NCBI GenBank assembly: GCA_024704765.1
Contig: JAKMXF010000310.1
Span: 434,001-498,000, forward strand
Length of the DNA stretch: 64,000 nt
From: Oopsacas minuta
Taxonomy: Eukaryota; Animalia; Porifera
Direction: 5' to 3'
A program made the translations under genes and the position numbers. The notes under the pieces are model-generated. The model was not told the DNA's origin, did no database searches, and saw only the letters and a list, made by a program, of their open reading frames with translations. Position 1 is the stretch's first letter. Each line of letters starts with the position of its first letter. This document shows positions 1 to 11,309 of this stretch, one piece after another.

Positions 1-54
1 TGTGATAAAGTTGTAGCAAAAATCATTGAAATTCTACCATTTATTGCTTCTATC

Positions 55-960
55 ATGAAGACGGACTTTGAGAGTTCAATGTACAGTTCATTTGCGAAAG
101 GTTTTCCCTATGCAAGGGTCAGCGGCTGCTTATTTCACTATGATAGAGCGCTATACAAAACTGGTATTCTCAAAAAGGGTTTATCAAATGCTAACATCTC
201 AAGCCTAGAATTTAGACAGTGGGTTGAACAGTTAATGTAATTGCCACTACTTCCGTCAGATCTTATTGTTCCGATATTTAGTTGCATAAAACAAGAAAAA
301 CTTTTGTTACCACATTCTGAGAATGAAAAACGTAATTAAGTTGTTAAAATATTATGAGCGATACTGGCTAGGTCAAGTTGGTCCTTCTAGACTATTAGTT
401 TTCCATACAGAGAAACGTACCGCAAACGATCTAGAGAGCTTTCATGCAAATTTGAAAAGAAAAGTTAAATCCCATAACCCAAATTACTTGGAATTATCAA
501 AAACTTGAATAAAGTAATTCAAACAACCGAAAAAGACATCGAGAGAATTGATAATCATGTTCCAATAAGGCGTAAGAAAAGGCCAGTAACTATTCAGAAG
601 GAGAAATATATAGACGTGCTACAGCAACAACAAATTAATGGTGATATTACTCCAAATAATTACTTGAAAACTATAACTCATCAATATACAACCCAGTTTG
701 CGAGATTTGAAGGGTTAATTGAATCAGTTGAAGATGTAGATACAGAAAATGAAGATGAAGATTTGGTTCAAGATGTGAGTACAGAACAAAACTCAAACAT
801 GTGTAGAATATATTTAGTGAATGTACCAGATACAATAATTATGCCCTGCCGTCATGCTCAAACTTGCTTCAGCTGTGCAGAGAGGATTGTAAACTCTGAT
901 ATTAACAACTGCCCTATTTGTAGAGAACCTATAGAAAACTTCATCAAAATCTTTTTGTGA
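55..960 (+). pseudogene. MULE/Mutator-family transposase (5' part outside window; one in-frame stop and frameshifts) running into a C-terminal C3HC4-type RING finger
   Basis: MULE motifs DFE..FP...GCLFHY (55-240), LPLLP read through the TAA at 238, RYWL..RTANDLESFH..HNPN (323-508). After a frameshift, 505-960 ends in CRIY..PCRHAQTCFSCA..CPICR (one RING Cys appears decayed). Confidence 0.85.
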
Positions 961-1147
961 TCTCTCATTCTCTAACTTATATGTTCACTCATTTCACTTT
1001 TCATTTATTTATCTGTATTTTGTTACAACGCATTATCATTTATTAGTCAATTATTTATTATTTTGGTCCATTCATTAATTAAATACCCTAAGTCATTTTC
1101 AATCCTATTCCAGGGTTTATTCCAGTCTTGAATTATATTCGGTCTTA

Positions 1148-1258
1148 CAGACTTGCCAACCCTCCAGGGATACCTGGATTACCCCGGGATTTCACTTCAA
1201 ACCCAGGTATTTGGAAATGAAAATTCAGGGAAATTTATAAAAGGGGTTGGTAAATCTG
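1148..1258. mobile_element. 111-bp MITE, P-element/hAT-like, inserted in the MULE subterminal region
   Basis: Ends CAGACTTGCCAACCCT ... GGGGTTGGTAAATCTG form an imperfect TIR; GGTCTTA is duplicated at 1141-1147 and 1259-1265. A related end (GGTTGGCAAGTCT) occurs near 28231. Confidence 0.7.
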
Positions 1259-1484
1259 GGTCTTATTCCAGTCTTGGAAAAATATATTTTTCACACTGTA
1301 AATTCGGTCTTATTCAGTCAACCCTAAAATGAAACTAACATGAAATAGTGCCATTTATCTTAACATCCTTGTAGAAAGAAGCGGATCGTATTTACAAATG
1401 AACAGCCTCAAAAATGTATATAGTAATACATACGTAGAATGGTATTGGCTTTTCTCCATAATTAATTCTCTCATTTTATTGATT

Positions 1485-1879
1485 AAAATGGGTTCGCACC
1501 TCGGAATAGAGAGCTTACCCACCATCCTACTAGAGGACGTTGACTTTTGCAACAGGAGTAGAGTTGAATGAATAAGAATTGGATACCAAACGATTTAAGT
1601 CTGATTTAGAAAGAAAAGTTAAGGGTCTATATATATTTATTGGAGTATTGTATTACTTGATACTCCACAAACCAACAGGATCTTGATATCTTATATCTGA
1701 TATCTGTAATCTAAATAGATTCATTTTACAACACAACCACATTAATAAATTTCATATCAGAAATATATTCTCTCAATTCCAAATATAATTAGTTTCAACT
1801 ATTGCTCATGTTGTAAAAAGTTAACATCCTCAAGTAGGATGGTGGGCAAGCTCTCTATTCCGAGGTGCGAGCCCATTTT
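1485..1879. mobile_element. Non-autonomous element with roughly 70-85-bp TIRs
   Basis: AAAATGGGTTCGCACCTCGGAATAGAGAGCTTACCCACCATCCTAC at 1485 is the reverse complement of GTAGGATGGTGGGCAAGCTCTCTATTCCGAGGTGCGAGCCCATTTT ending at 1879, with few mismatches. No clear TSD. Confidence 0.75.
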
Positions 1880-2489
1880 CACTACAAAAAAGACATTATT
1901 TTAATTTATTATCTGTAATTTTCAAACCATTTTTTGTTTGAACTAGAGGTAGAACCCCGATTTGGTTCAATATTCTTCTCTGGGGGAGACTTACTACATA
2001 GTATTCCCTCCCCCTCAGGAAATTACTATAGGGGACTTTTATTATATGCAACCGGCGTAGCAGACATTGTTTAACCTAAGTGGAGATTCTTTGCAATGGC
2101 TTACATATCCTTCATCGTTTACTCTTACGAACACGTCAGTGACAGCCCTATATCTTGAAAATCTTTCAGAACACTTCAGTGTCTTAATAAATGTTCAAAG
2201 TTAGACTTGCAACATTTCGGAAAATTAGTAATTAGTTCAGCAGCATCATTAGTACTATTAGAGCGTCATTAGTATTAGAGCACTAGTTAACATTAGTATT
2301 CTTACTAGTCTTATAATTATTAGCTTCTCAATTACTTTTTCTATAGAAAACTTACACTATCTGGGTAATTCGAATGCGTAGAACACAAATTTAATATCGG
2401 AAATGCAATTCATGGTATATTTTGTACGAATTCTCTTTCACAAATTTGCCAATTTTATCACTATTATGATGGAAAATATTGGAGCCCGC

Positions 2490-2666
2490 TCGGTATATAT
2501 CAGGGTTGGGGGTATAATCTGTCCTAGGACAGTTTATACCGGGTATATTCTGTCCTAGCCCAGAATGCACTCCCATAGGGGTGTATTCTGGGCTAGCCCA
2601 CTTCATACCCGGGGGTATAATCTAGGCTAGAACAGAATATACCCGGGTATAATCTGGGCTTTTACA
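2490..2666. repeat. Ginger-family terminal/subterminal repeat remnant
   Basis: Tandem GGGTATAATCT(A/G)GGCTAG units like those at 18096-18290 and 20735-20926; ends in ...GGGCTTTTACA followed by CCAG. Confidence 0.65.
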
Positions 2667-2849
2667 CCAGCTATAATATCTATATCTTACGAAATTCAGT
2701 TCGACGGTGTGTTCATTTGACTAAATGTCTGTCGACGAAGTGTCCGCTATTCGATATTTAGATAATTAGAACAAATTTAGTAGGACAAGACTTAGTAGGT
2801 AGTATGGATGTGTTTGCTTCTTTCCTAGGAGCGCAGCAATGTTTGGTTC

Positions 2850-3620
2850 CGTATTCGATAGCGGTACAGTAAAGGCTGGCAATTTAATATTCCTCTTTTG
2901 TAAAGTCTGGATTCCTATTCCGTACTTAGCCGAGAAGCGATGCAGGTATTCGCTATCCCAGCTACTAGACCAGGCAGGACCGCCAAAGTGTTGCGGGCAC
3001 CTCTGGTACTGGCACTGGCCTAAAACCCAAGTTTTCCCATCTTACACCATTTCCCTATTTCTTTGTAATTAAAACGCACAAAAGTCTGAGTGCCATAGGT
3101 TATCCAATACAGCTTATTTTAGTTCCTCGTCGAGCCGTATGGATATGCTTAGCGATCAGCACATCCGACAGAAACAAGAAAATCGCAAGGCATTAGATCT
3201 GATATTTGCGACTATCAAAATTATGGTACACAGGGCTTGGCGATTCGTGGGTACATATTAATGAATCTGATATTTATAGCGTTATTGGGGATGAAACAAG
3301 TGATATTACGATGCTGGTACTAGCAACATACTATATCAGATCCTATTCATCCAGATACATTGGTTGTAAGAGAGGATTTGTCGGTTTTTGGGGTCACTGA
3401 AACAGCTGATGGTGAGACACTTTTCGGAATTCTCAAAGAGAAACTTTCTGAATAGAAATTGCCATTTGAGAAATTCGAGGTCAAGCCTGATGGTGCTTGA
3501 GCTATGAAAGGCCACGTAAAAGGACTCCAGAGCCGAGTGATGAAGGTAGTTCCACAAGCATTACATTGTTACAGTACTGGACATGCTTCGAACCTCGTTG
3601 AACAAGATTCAATAAGAAAA
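2850..3620 (+). pseudogene. hAT transposase relic (DUF4371/ZMYM1-like)
   Basis: YSVIGDETSDIT, TADGETLF, DGA*AMKGHVKGLQSRV..P.ALHCYSTGHASNL, with stops and frameshifts. Confidence 0.8.
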
Positions 3621-4113
3621 ATATAAAATTACAACCTGTGCCGACAGCTGAGCCTATTAATTAAATTATTTAACAAAACAAGAAAAATACCAATATAATA
3701 TACATGTACAAAGTATTAGACGCTTCTTTCTTCTCTTCTAGCAACCAGAATTAGGTTTCATTACTCCTGTCTCTGAGGATTTAATCAAGTGTATGCGGAA
3801 TAACAACTAGTTACTAGAATTAATCATTTTGGTAAATTCAATCAAGCAAATTTCGTGGTCAAATCTCCGGTTGTGAATTAAAATTAAAGATTTTCAGTAG
3901 ATGGAATAGATAAATGAATAAGGGAAGATTACAAGGCTCTAAGCGAGTATCAGTACTACAGCCTTTCGAAATAGAATAATTAAGCAGAAGATATTCAATT
4001 ACAACTTATAATTCAGATTTGTTTACTCTTCAATTCAGGGATCCAAAATATATATAAAAGAAAGGAATTTTCAGTTGATTAACAATATTCAAGAACTACA
4101 ACAATTTCCAATA

Positions 4114-4455
4114 ATGGCAACACGAGGGAAAGACCAGATGCTGAGCGAAGCAGATATTACGAGACTTGACATCAAAGATTTAAATAAAAAATTAAAAGAG
4201 GAGCGTGTCTCGAAATGCGATTGTCAGCTCATCAAAAAGCAAAGGCGAAGAAATAAGATGAAAACCTATCGGAAAGAGAGCTGCCAACGCAAAGCAAAGA
4301 AGTACGAGAAGTTAGAACTCGAACGCCAGAGACTATCCGATGTGCTTGCCCTGCTGCAGCAAGAAGTAGTCCAACTCCGGAGCTCCAGATCTTCCATGAT
4401 GGAAAATATTATGAAACATGTCGAAGGGGAAGAAGAGTTCCTGATAGTAGATTAA
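4114..4455 (+). CDS. Small Maf-like bZIP protein, 113 aa, divergent basic region
   Basis: Maf extended-homology-like LSEADITRLDIKDLNKKL, basic region KKQRRRNKMKTY, leucine zipper L-x6-L-x6-L-x6-L-x6-M. First ATG at 4114. Confidence 0.8.
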   Translation: MATRGKDQMLSEADITRLDIKDLNKKLKEERVSKCDCQLIKKQRRRNKMKTYRKESCQRKAKKYEKLELERQRLSDVLALLQQEVVQLRSSRSSMMENIMKHVEGEEEFLIVD

Positions 4456-5582
4456 CTGTTCATCCCTCTTCGATATGTCACTCATTAAGCCCGAGCACAC
4501 TATTAAGTAATTGTATATTGTAGATTTATGAGCAATAAAATATCTACCTTGTCCCAATTCTGAATTCTATATTATTCTTATGAAGATGAGTATTCTGCTT
4601 TTGTCCTATAAACCTTTGAACTTTGAGCGCCAGAAATCAGACAATTTAATGATAAATTAAGGGAGACAAATAAAATAATCTTAAGCCTTAGTCATGATAT
4701 AAATATGTGTGACGACTTTCAGCTAACTTCTTAGACCATCGTTGCTGTAGTCTACATACTCCATTCAGGTGTAATAGCTCCTGCAACTCGTGATGTAACA
4801 GCGTATACAGGATCCGCTCCATCAAATCCAGCTGGGATTGGAACTTTTGCATGTGTACTGGCAGGGACATCAGGTAATATTGATGAGGTTCCAGGATAAT
4901 TGTCAGAATAAGGAATATCCGTACCTGGACTAACAGTAATAGTATCAAGATTATTATTAGCCAATCTCCATATTTCCTTCTCATCCAGCTCAAGTCCATA
5001 GCGCGAGACAACGAAGCGGCTCGTACATTTGTAAATTGATACTTTTATATTTCGTGCTATGTAGACTGATCTAATTTCTTAGAAAGTAATCATATGATCG
5101 GCTTTTTTATATTTTGCATCAACAACAATTGCTGTGTACCTCCAAAATAAGTAAGAATTTCATTAACGAGATATTATGGCTTGCGAATAGATGATAATTC
5201 CACTAATTAATATTTAACTGAATTGTAATTCTTATGCAAGCAAGTATTTATCAAATTGGATGAATTATTCATAATAAACTTCCCCAGGTGTCTAGATTAA
5301 ATATAATAACGAATGTATTATTGTTATTCCAAAACGAACCTTACTAGTATAGGTAGTAAAATGTTAATTAGTACACATCGTGATCTTTATTAAGGCTATT
5401 ATATTTCAATTGTATATCTGTTTTGTACCTATAAGCTGCAAATTTGCTTCAATCCCGATTTAATCATGTTTGTCAGATTCAGTAACATAATTAAATCGTG
5501 ATTGAATCTAAAAATAAATATATACTTAAATAGTAAAATAAATCTATATTATTAAATCTCAATTTGTGTTTATCACCCTCCC

Positions 5583-6381
5583 CAGTGGCGTTTCTAGACT
5601 TTTTGTTAGGGGGGGTGCAAATTTATATGGATTGACATTGAATTAATTATCCTATACTTTTATAATAACCATCAAGTGGTCAATCAGTGGGATTGATATA
5701 CTACGCCGGTAATAAGTAGATGGAGTGTCAGCAGGAATATTATTGCGGTGAAATGACGTCACAAATTCGAGGTAAAGATGGTACTGTACAAACACTTTTG
5801 CACATCTCCACAGTAAGAAACCACCTCCTGTGATATGAATCAATATTTCTCTAACTTCTTGCAAAGCTAACTTCACGTTGTTTATTCTGATACAGCTTCA
5901 ACGATGTCTTTAGTTTCTGCTTGTAGACTGGAGGTCAAAGTTTCTATGTATTTAAAGCTGTAATTTGTTAACACTAATGCACAAATAAAATCTGTACTAC
6001 ATATTGCTATTTGTAGAGTCCTTACATCAGTAATTGCATCTGATGTCCACAGGGTAGGACCATCACTACAAACATTATCGAAACAGGTTACTACGGAAGC
6101 CTAGAGAGACTGAAAAATTACTAGTGTATTAATACATTGTACCCATCCATCGGCATTGTTTGTGAAATTTAAGACAAAGAATATTTATGTATAATAATAA
6201 ATATTAGTCAGACTATAAATGGATTCTTCTCCATCACTGAAGTAAATTTGATATTTGATTGTTGAATTAATTTTGACTAACATGAAACCGCCAGCGGAGC
6301 TAAATCACAATAAATTACCATCATTGAAATTTAAGGGGAGTGCTGGAACACCCGCTGCGCCCCCCCCTGGATACGCCACTG
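5583..6381 (-). mobile_element. Internally deleted hAT element with a transposase fragment (THAP12/PRKRIR-like)
   Basis: TIRs CAGTGGCGT (5583) and ACGCCACTG (6381). Minus-strand fragments TSSLQAETKDIVEAV and HRNNIPADTPSTYYRRSISIPLIDHL at about 5650-6100. No clean 8-bp TSD. Confidence 0.75.
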
Positions 6382-9300
6382 CTCCCATATAAAACACATA
6401 TAGGTTCAGTTCATAAAGTCCACAACCAAATATTACACGACATAACAACAACAAAACAACATTATACTGAGGTAATTGAGTATGCTGAGTCCAAATATGA
6501 TCTTGCAAACAACATATCATTAATATTTGTTCAATTTTGGGAACATAAAGTTAGCAGATTTAATGATTATGACAGTATCATGTTTGCTACGGTTAATATT
6601 ATGAGTTTATGTACTCGAGGGCCGAAGGCCCGAGTGCGGACACGAAGTATTCGCAACCGCGTAGAGCAAACGAATCGCTAGTTTAGTTAAATTTTCATCC
6701 ATATGTGACAATAATAGCTTTGTATCGATGGCAATGGAAGTGAAAATGTCAGTCAAATTTTGATTAATTAATACGTAATGTATTAATATATATATTTCCC
6801 ACTATATCAATTCTTTGATCGTCACTGATATAAATACTTAACTTTGTAACTAATTACAAATACATAATCGAAATAATCTTAAATCCTACGGGAGAAGAGG
6901 TGACCGCAGATGTGGTGGGTCTGGACGAGGAGGCTATGCATTTCTGCATGAAATGCTCAAAACTTACGAAAACATTATAATGGTAAGTATACATAATTAC
7001 AATTTATATAAATCAACCGTTCGCCCTTTATTTCAATTTGGTGCGAAAATGGGAGCTGCCAGAGGACACAAAGCAGGCGGCAACAACGACACCACCACCA
7101 CTTTCAGATCGGGACCCATCTAATAGTAGCCTCTTAAACCTGACTAGGGAAAGCAGCCATGAACCACAATATTTTTTCTCTATTCGCAATCGAGAAGCTC
7201 GTACAGTCGCTATTAACAATGATATAGATTTAGCTACAGCACTGAGCGAATTATCTGGGAAAGATACTTAGCTCACAGATGTCATTATCCACGCATTCAT
7301 TGTATAATCTATTTTTGTTTATGAATGAATGAATTTATTTGCCAATTTTCAATAGCTATCTTACATAATCATTTCCCTAGAATTCAGGGATTGAAAATAT
7401 AATCGAAAGGTTGCAACTTTATCCGAATAGCATCATACAAATTCACTATGACAAGAGAAAATATACTGGGTAAAAAATCAAGCATATTTAGGCTGACAAT
7501 ATATTGATTGTATAAGTTGCTTAGTGGTTTGTATTCATTTTTATTGCCTATGAAACTGAAAATAGATAGGCTTGGGATAAACACATTACATTCGATTCTA
7601 ACAACTAATTTCATGATCATCATATTATAATTTTGTTATACAATAGCTACCCCTCGGACACGAAGTGTTCACAAGCCGCGGAACGCAAGCATGCGAAGTT
7701 TGTATGTGTTTCTGAATGAAATGAGAATGTTCACAAGTCGATTCTACAATTTTGGTGACAAGGTTATATTTAGTTTCTTTCTTCTCTATGACTTAATGGT
7801 TGATTCCTAACCACACGGGGGTTAGTACAGTTCTAAAGAGAGAAATCAATCTGAATCTAAGTGGGACTTAATTTCTGTTTTAATGAAATCACAAGAAGTT
7901 TGGATTTATTAAATGTATAGATTTGGGATATTTCTTGTTCCTCGCATTTTCTATGGTGTAAATGAGTGTCGTCTGTATTTGGCGTTCTTCAACTATTATT
8001 AGTTTAGAAGATTGTTTGAAAAATTAAGAAGAAATTCTACTTGATTGAGATCGAAATGGCCCCAGAATTGGGAGGTGAATTTTAAAGCAGTTCTGTTTAG
8101 ATGAGATAAAGGAAGAAGTTCTGTAGGGCTTGGAGTGAAGATGAATCAAACAAATCAGTAAATATCAAGTTCGTAGTTGTTTGTATTGCTTATCCGTTTG
8201 TTCAAATTCGTATATTTTGTTAAAGTATTTACAATTTGTGTGTTGGTATTAGTATTTCGAAAAATGAGTACTCAGTTGGAGATTAGAAATTCATATTGAA
8301 AGAATTCAGAATTGTCTTTCCTAGTTATTGGTAATCTATCTTCTTGCCCAGAAAATGGAAATGAACAAATAAACGAACTCTCCCATTTGTATTCTGAAAA
8401 AGCTGGTGCTTCAGTTGGGGTGAAAAGAATCATAATTAGCTAGAACAGACGCTTCGCTATCTTGCGCCGCGCTGTGAGGCTTATGAAAACCTAGAGTCTA
8501 CTCAGGCAAAAGCAGCAGCTCTTGTATAGCAATCAAATTTAGCCAGATCCTACAATCTGACTTTGTTGTTAGAGTCGAATGGATAGATGTAAGGTTTGGT
8601 AAATGTATTTTTCCATAAGCCAATCAATCTACAGTGTGATATAGTAGCTATTGCAAATCTAAACACTGGAAATTTAATCCATAAAATCTAACATTACCAT
8701 ATGTGCAGAATTAAATTTCACAAAATTAACTTCAGTGTTTATTGAACTATATAATTCCTACTAAATTTCTATTTAATAGTTTTAGAACATTTCCAAAGGT
8801 TGTATAACCTTTGGAAAATGGGTCTACCGTATTAATATATAACTAACAAAGGAATTATAGGAAATCCATAAATTTCCAGTTAATTCGGTTAGCCGGGTAA
8901 TCGGTTAACCGCCGTTACTTCCAGCTAACTGCTAAGCAGTGGATAGTGCAGGGGGAGCGGCCCCCACTACGAATTCAAGGGGGAGAGGCGCTCCCTCACT
9001 TTAACTTGATCATTGTTATTTTATTATAATAAAGGTAGATTAAGTTTTCCGGAGTTGCCCTTCTTTCGTACTCTAGTCAACTCCTCTTAATGGGGTAACA
9101 TCGGCACCAGGCGATTTCCAACCAATTAAGCGGATTGAACTTGTTGGCCCGTTTCAGGAATTATTTAACATCGCACTGCACTATTTTGGCCAAGTGATCC
9201 TATCAACCGTGTCGCAATTTTGCATATTCTGGACCATTATAACAACAGTGCAATTGAGGTTTGCCATACTGTCTCTCAATAATTAATGGCCTCCTACACC

Positions 9301-10095
9301 TACAGCCATGTGAAATTCCATAAAAGATTATTTCATTATTCTTCAACTTACTCAGGGATGTGGCAAAGAGTAGTAAAAGGACCAATAATTCAATACTGAG
9401 GCTTTGAGACGATTTTTAATATAGAATAGTTAGGCAAGAATGGATTGCGAAGTCGACTGTTTTATAATGTACTGAATGCATTTTTGTTTACTTTCTCTTT
9501 GTCTAACATCATGATTCTGTTTTTGGCGTGTAGAACTTTGAAAGATAAAACATCTGCACCGAAGAAGGACAACATTATTTGGAAGTATTTTTAGTTGATA
9601 TTACTCGTAATGTGGATTACAATATGTTTCCTTGATAGAAAATATCTTTGTTTTACCAATTTTTTGCTTAATATATTCTTTTATAAGCTCTCCTCCACTA
9701 GAAATTTGAGCACTACACCCCTGGTGCTAACGGCTACTAGCAATGTGAGTGAGCTACCCAAAGCTCCACTTTCTACTAAATCATTGTCAAAACAAGGATA
9801 TGTTAAAGTTAGCAATTGCCTAGACTGTTAGTTTGTATTAAATTACAAGCTCAAAATACCTTCTATTTTTTAGCGAATTCGGCGACATCCACATAGTGCA
9901 TTAAATACGTCATATCTCCACCCAATAGACATGATAAGGCAGTTTCCAAATGATGAAATTATTTTTAGGGAGTTCAGCGGGATGAGAAGCTGTCAAGAGT
10001 TGTTTTATTACAGGAAAGAGATTTTTTGTCGAATAATCTGCTTTTATTGCTCTTTGTTAGTATACTGATAGTATGGAATCTGTATACCTTGGTTG

Positions 10096-10594
10096 CAGTG
10101 GTGTAGCCAGGCCTCTGCCTGGCTCTAAATACCATTCTTCACAATCATTGAAATTACATAGCTTGCACAAATGAAATCGTTAACTTTCTTTCTGCACAGA
10201 GGGATACTGTTCCTACTTCCATTCCAATAACTCCACTAATTTCATATCAAGCCTTTTATTCAGGTCTGCATAAGGTTGTGAAAGTGAACTCTTAGTTCTT
10301 AGGGATCCTATTACCTCATCCTTCATTAAAGAGAACTGATCAACGATTTCTTCTACCATTATATTTATATTCTTCATGAATTACAGGAATGTGTTCTTAA
10401 GTTTGGTGTATTTATGAATGCATTAATTTCTTCTTCACTAAACTCGATGTCGTCTGGAGCTTCAGACTTGGTATGCTTGTTTGCTAGTATATCAGATCTT
10501 TTTCTGGCTGGGTGCGTGATTTTTTGGAAATATTTATGAGGGTGTACCAAATCTGACCTGCATCAGGCGGTATCCCTATGTTCTTAACTCACTA
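10096..10594 (-). mobile_element. Degenerate hAT-like relic
   Basis: Terminus-like CAGTGGTGTAGCCAGG at 10096; 10510-10594 is the reverse complement of a segment similar to 51145-51235. Confidence 0.45.
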
Positions 10595-10780
10595 GGCCAG
10601 TGTAAATTGTGCGCATAAAAAGGATGTAAAATGTAGAACAAATCAATTCACCCATATCCTATTACGAAAGTTGCTAAAGACCCTGCACAGATTTGTCATA
10701 TTATATAACATTAAAATCCAAAATGTCAAGAGATCAAAGTTAGATCTTTGAGAGACCAACTTGTGACAAAGGATCTACTA

Positions 10781-10849
10781 CAGGGCTCCATCTAGAGTCA
10801 GGAAACCCGCGCACCTTGTGTGTGCAAATATTAAACTTGGCGTACCCTG
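10781..10849. mobile_element. Short hAT-like MITE/terminus
   Basis: CAGGGCTCCATCTAGAGTCAGGAAACCCGC closely matches 51084 onward; ends in ACCCTG. Confidence 0.45.
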
Positions 10850-11309
10850 CTGACTATAAATAGGCTGATTTTGCTATTAGACGCAATTCTAATAGGCGGT
10901 TTCCATCATAAATCATGTATTAGGAAGATTTCTAAGAGCAAAAATCGACTTACAATTGAGCGAAAACCTCTGTTATGGCTAAAATAGTTCCGTATAAATT
11001 ATCTACTATGTATCTGGATCTCAATATCCAAACAGTGAAGCACGAAACAACCTTCAAAAAGTTTCATTCTACGAATACCTTGAAAGAACAATTGGTACAG
11101 TCACTCAAGGCGTAATTTTACTTAAAGGAGTAAATTATTATTTAGCAAACCTACAGTTGGAGACTATGTATATTGTATTGAAATGCACAACAAACAAAAT
11201 ATTCTTATCACACGATAGCATATAAAGGATCAAACATGCTGGGGAACTAAATGTCTTAGTATCACTAGCTAAAAGAAACACACTATATACATTAAATAGT
11301 TAAGATTAG

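Noticed and set aside
9000-10090. Possible Tc1/IS630 or LINE remnants
   Set aside because: Only very short motif-like matches (LTLLVAVS..GVV, WKSPG); too decayed to call.
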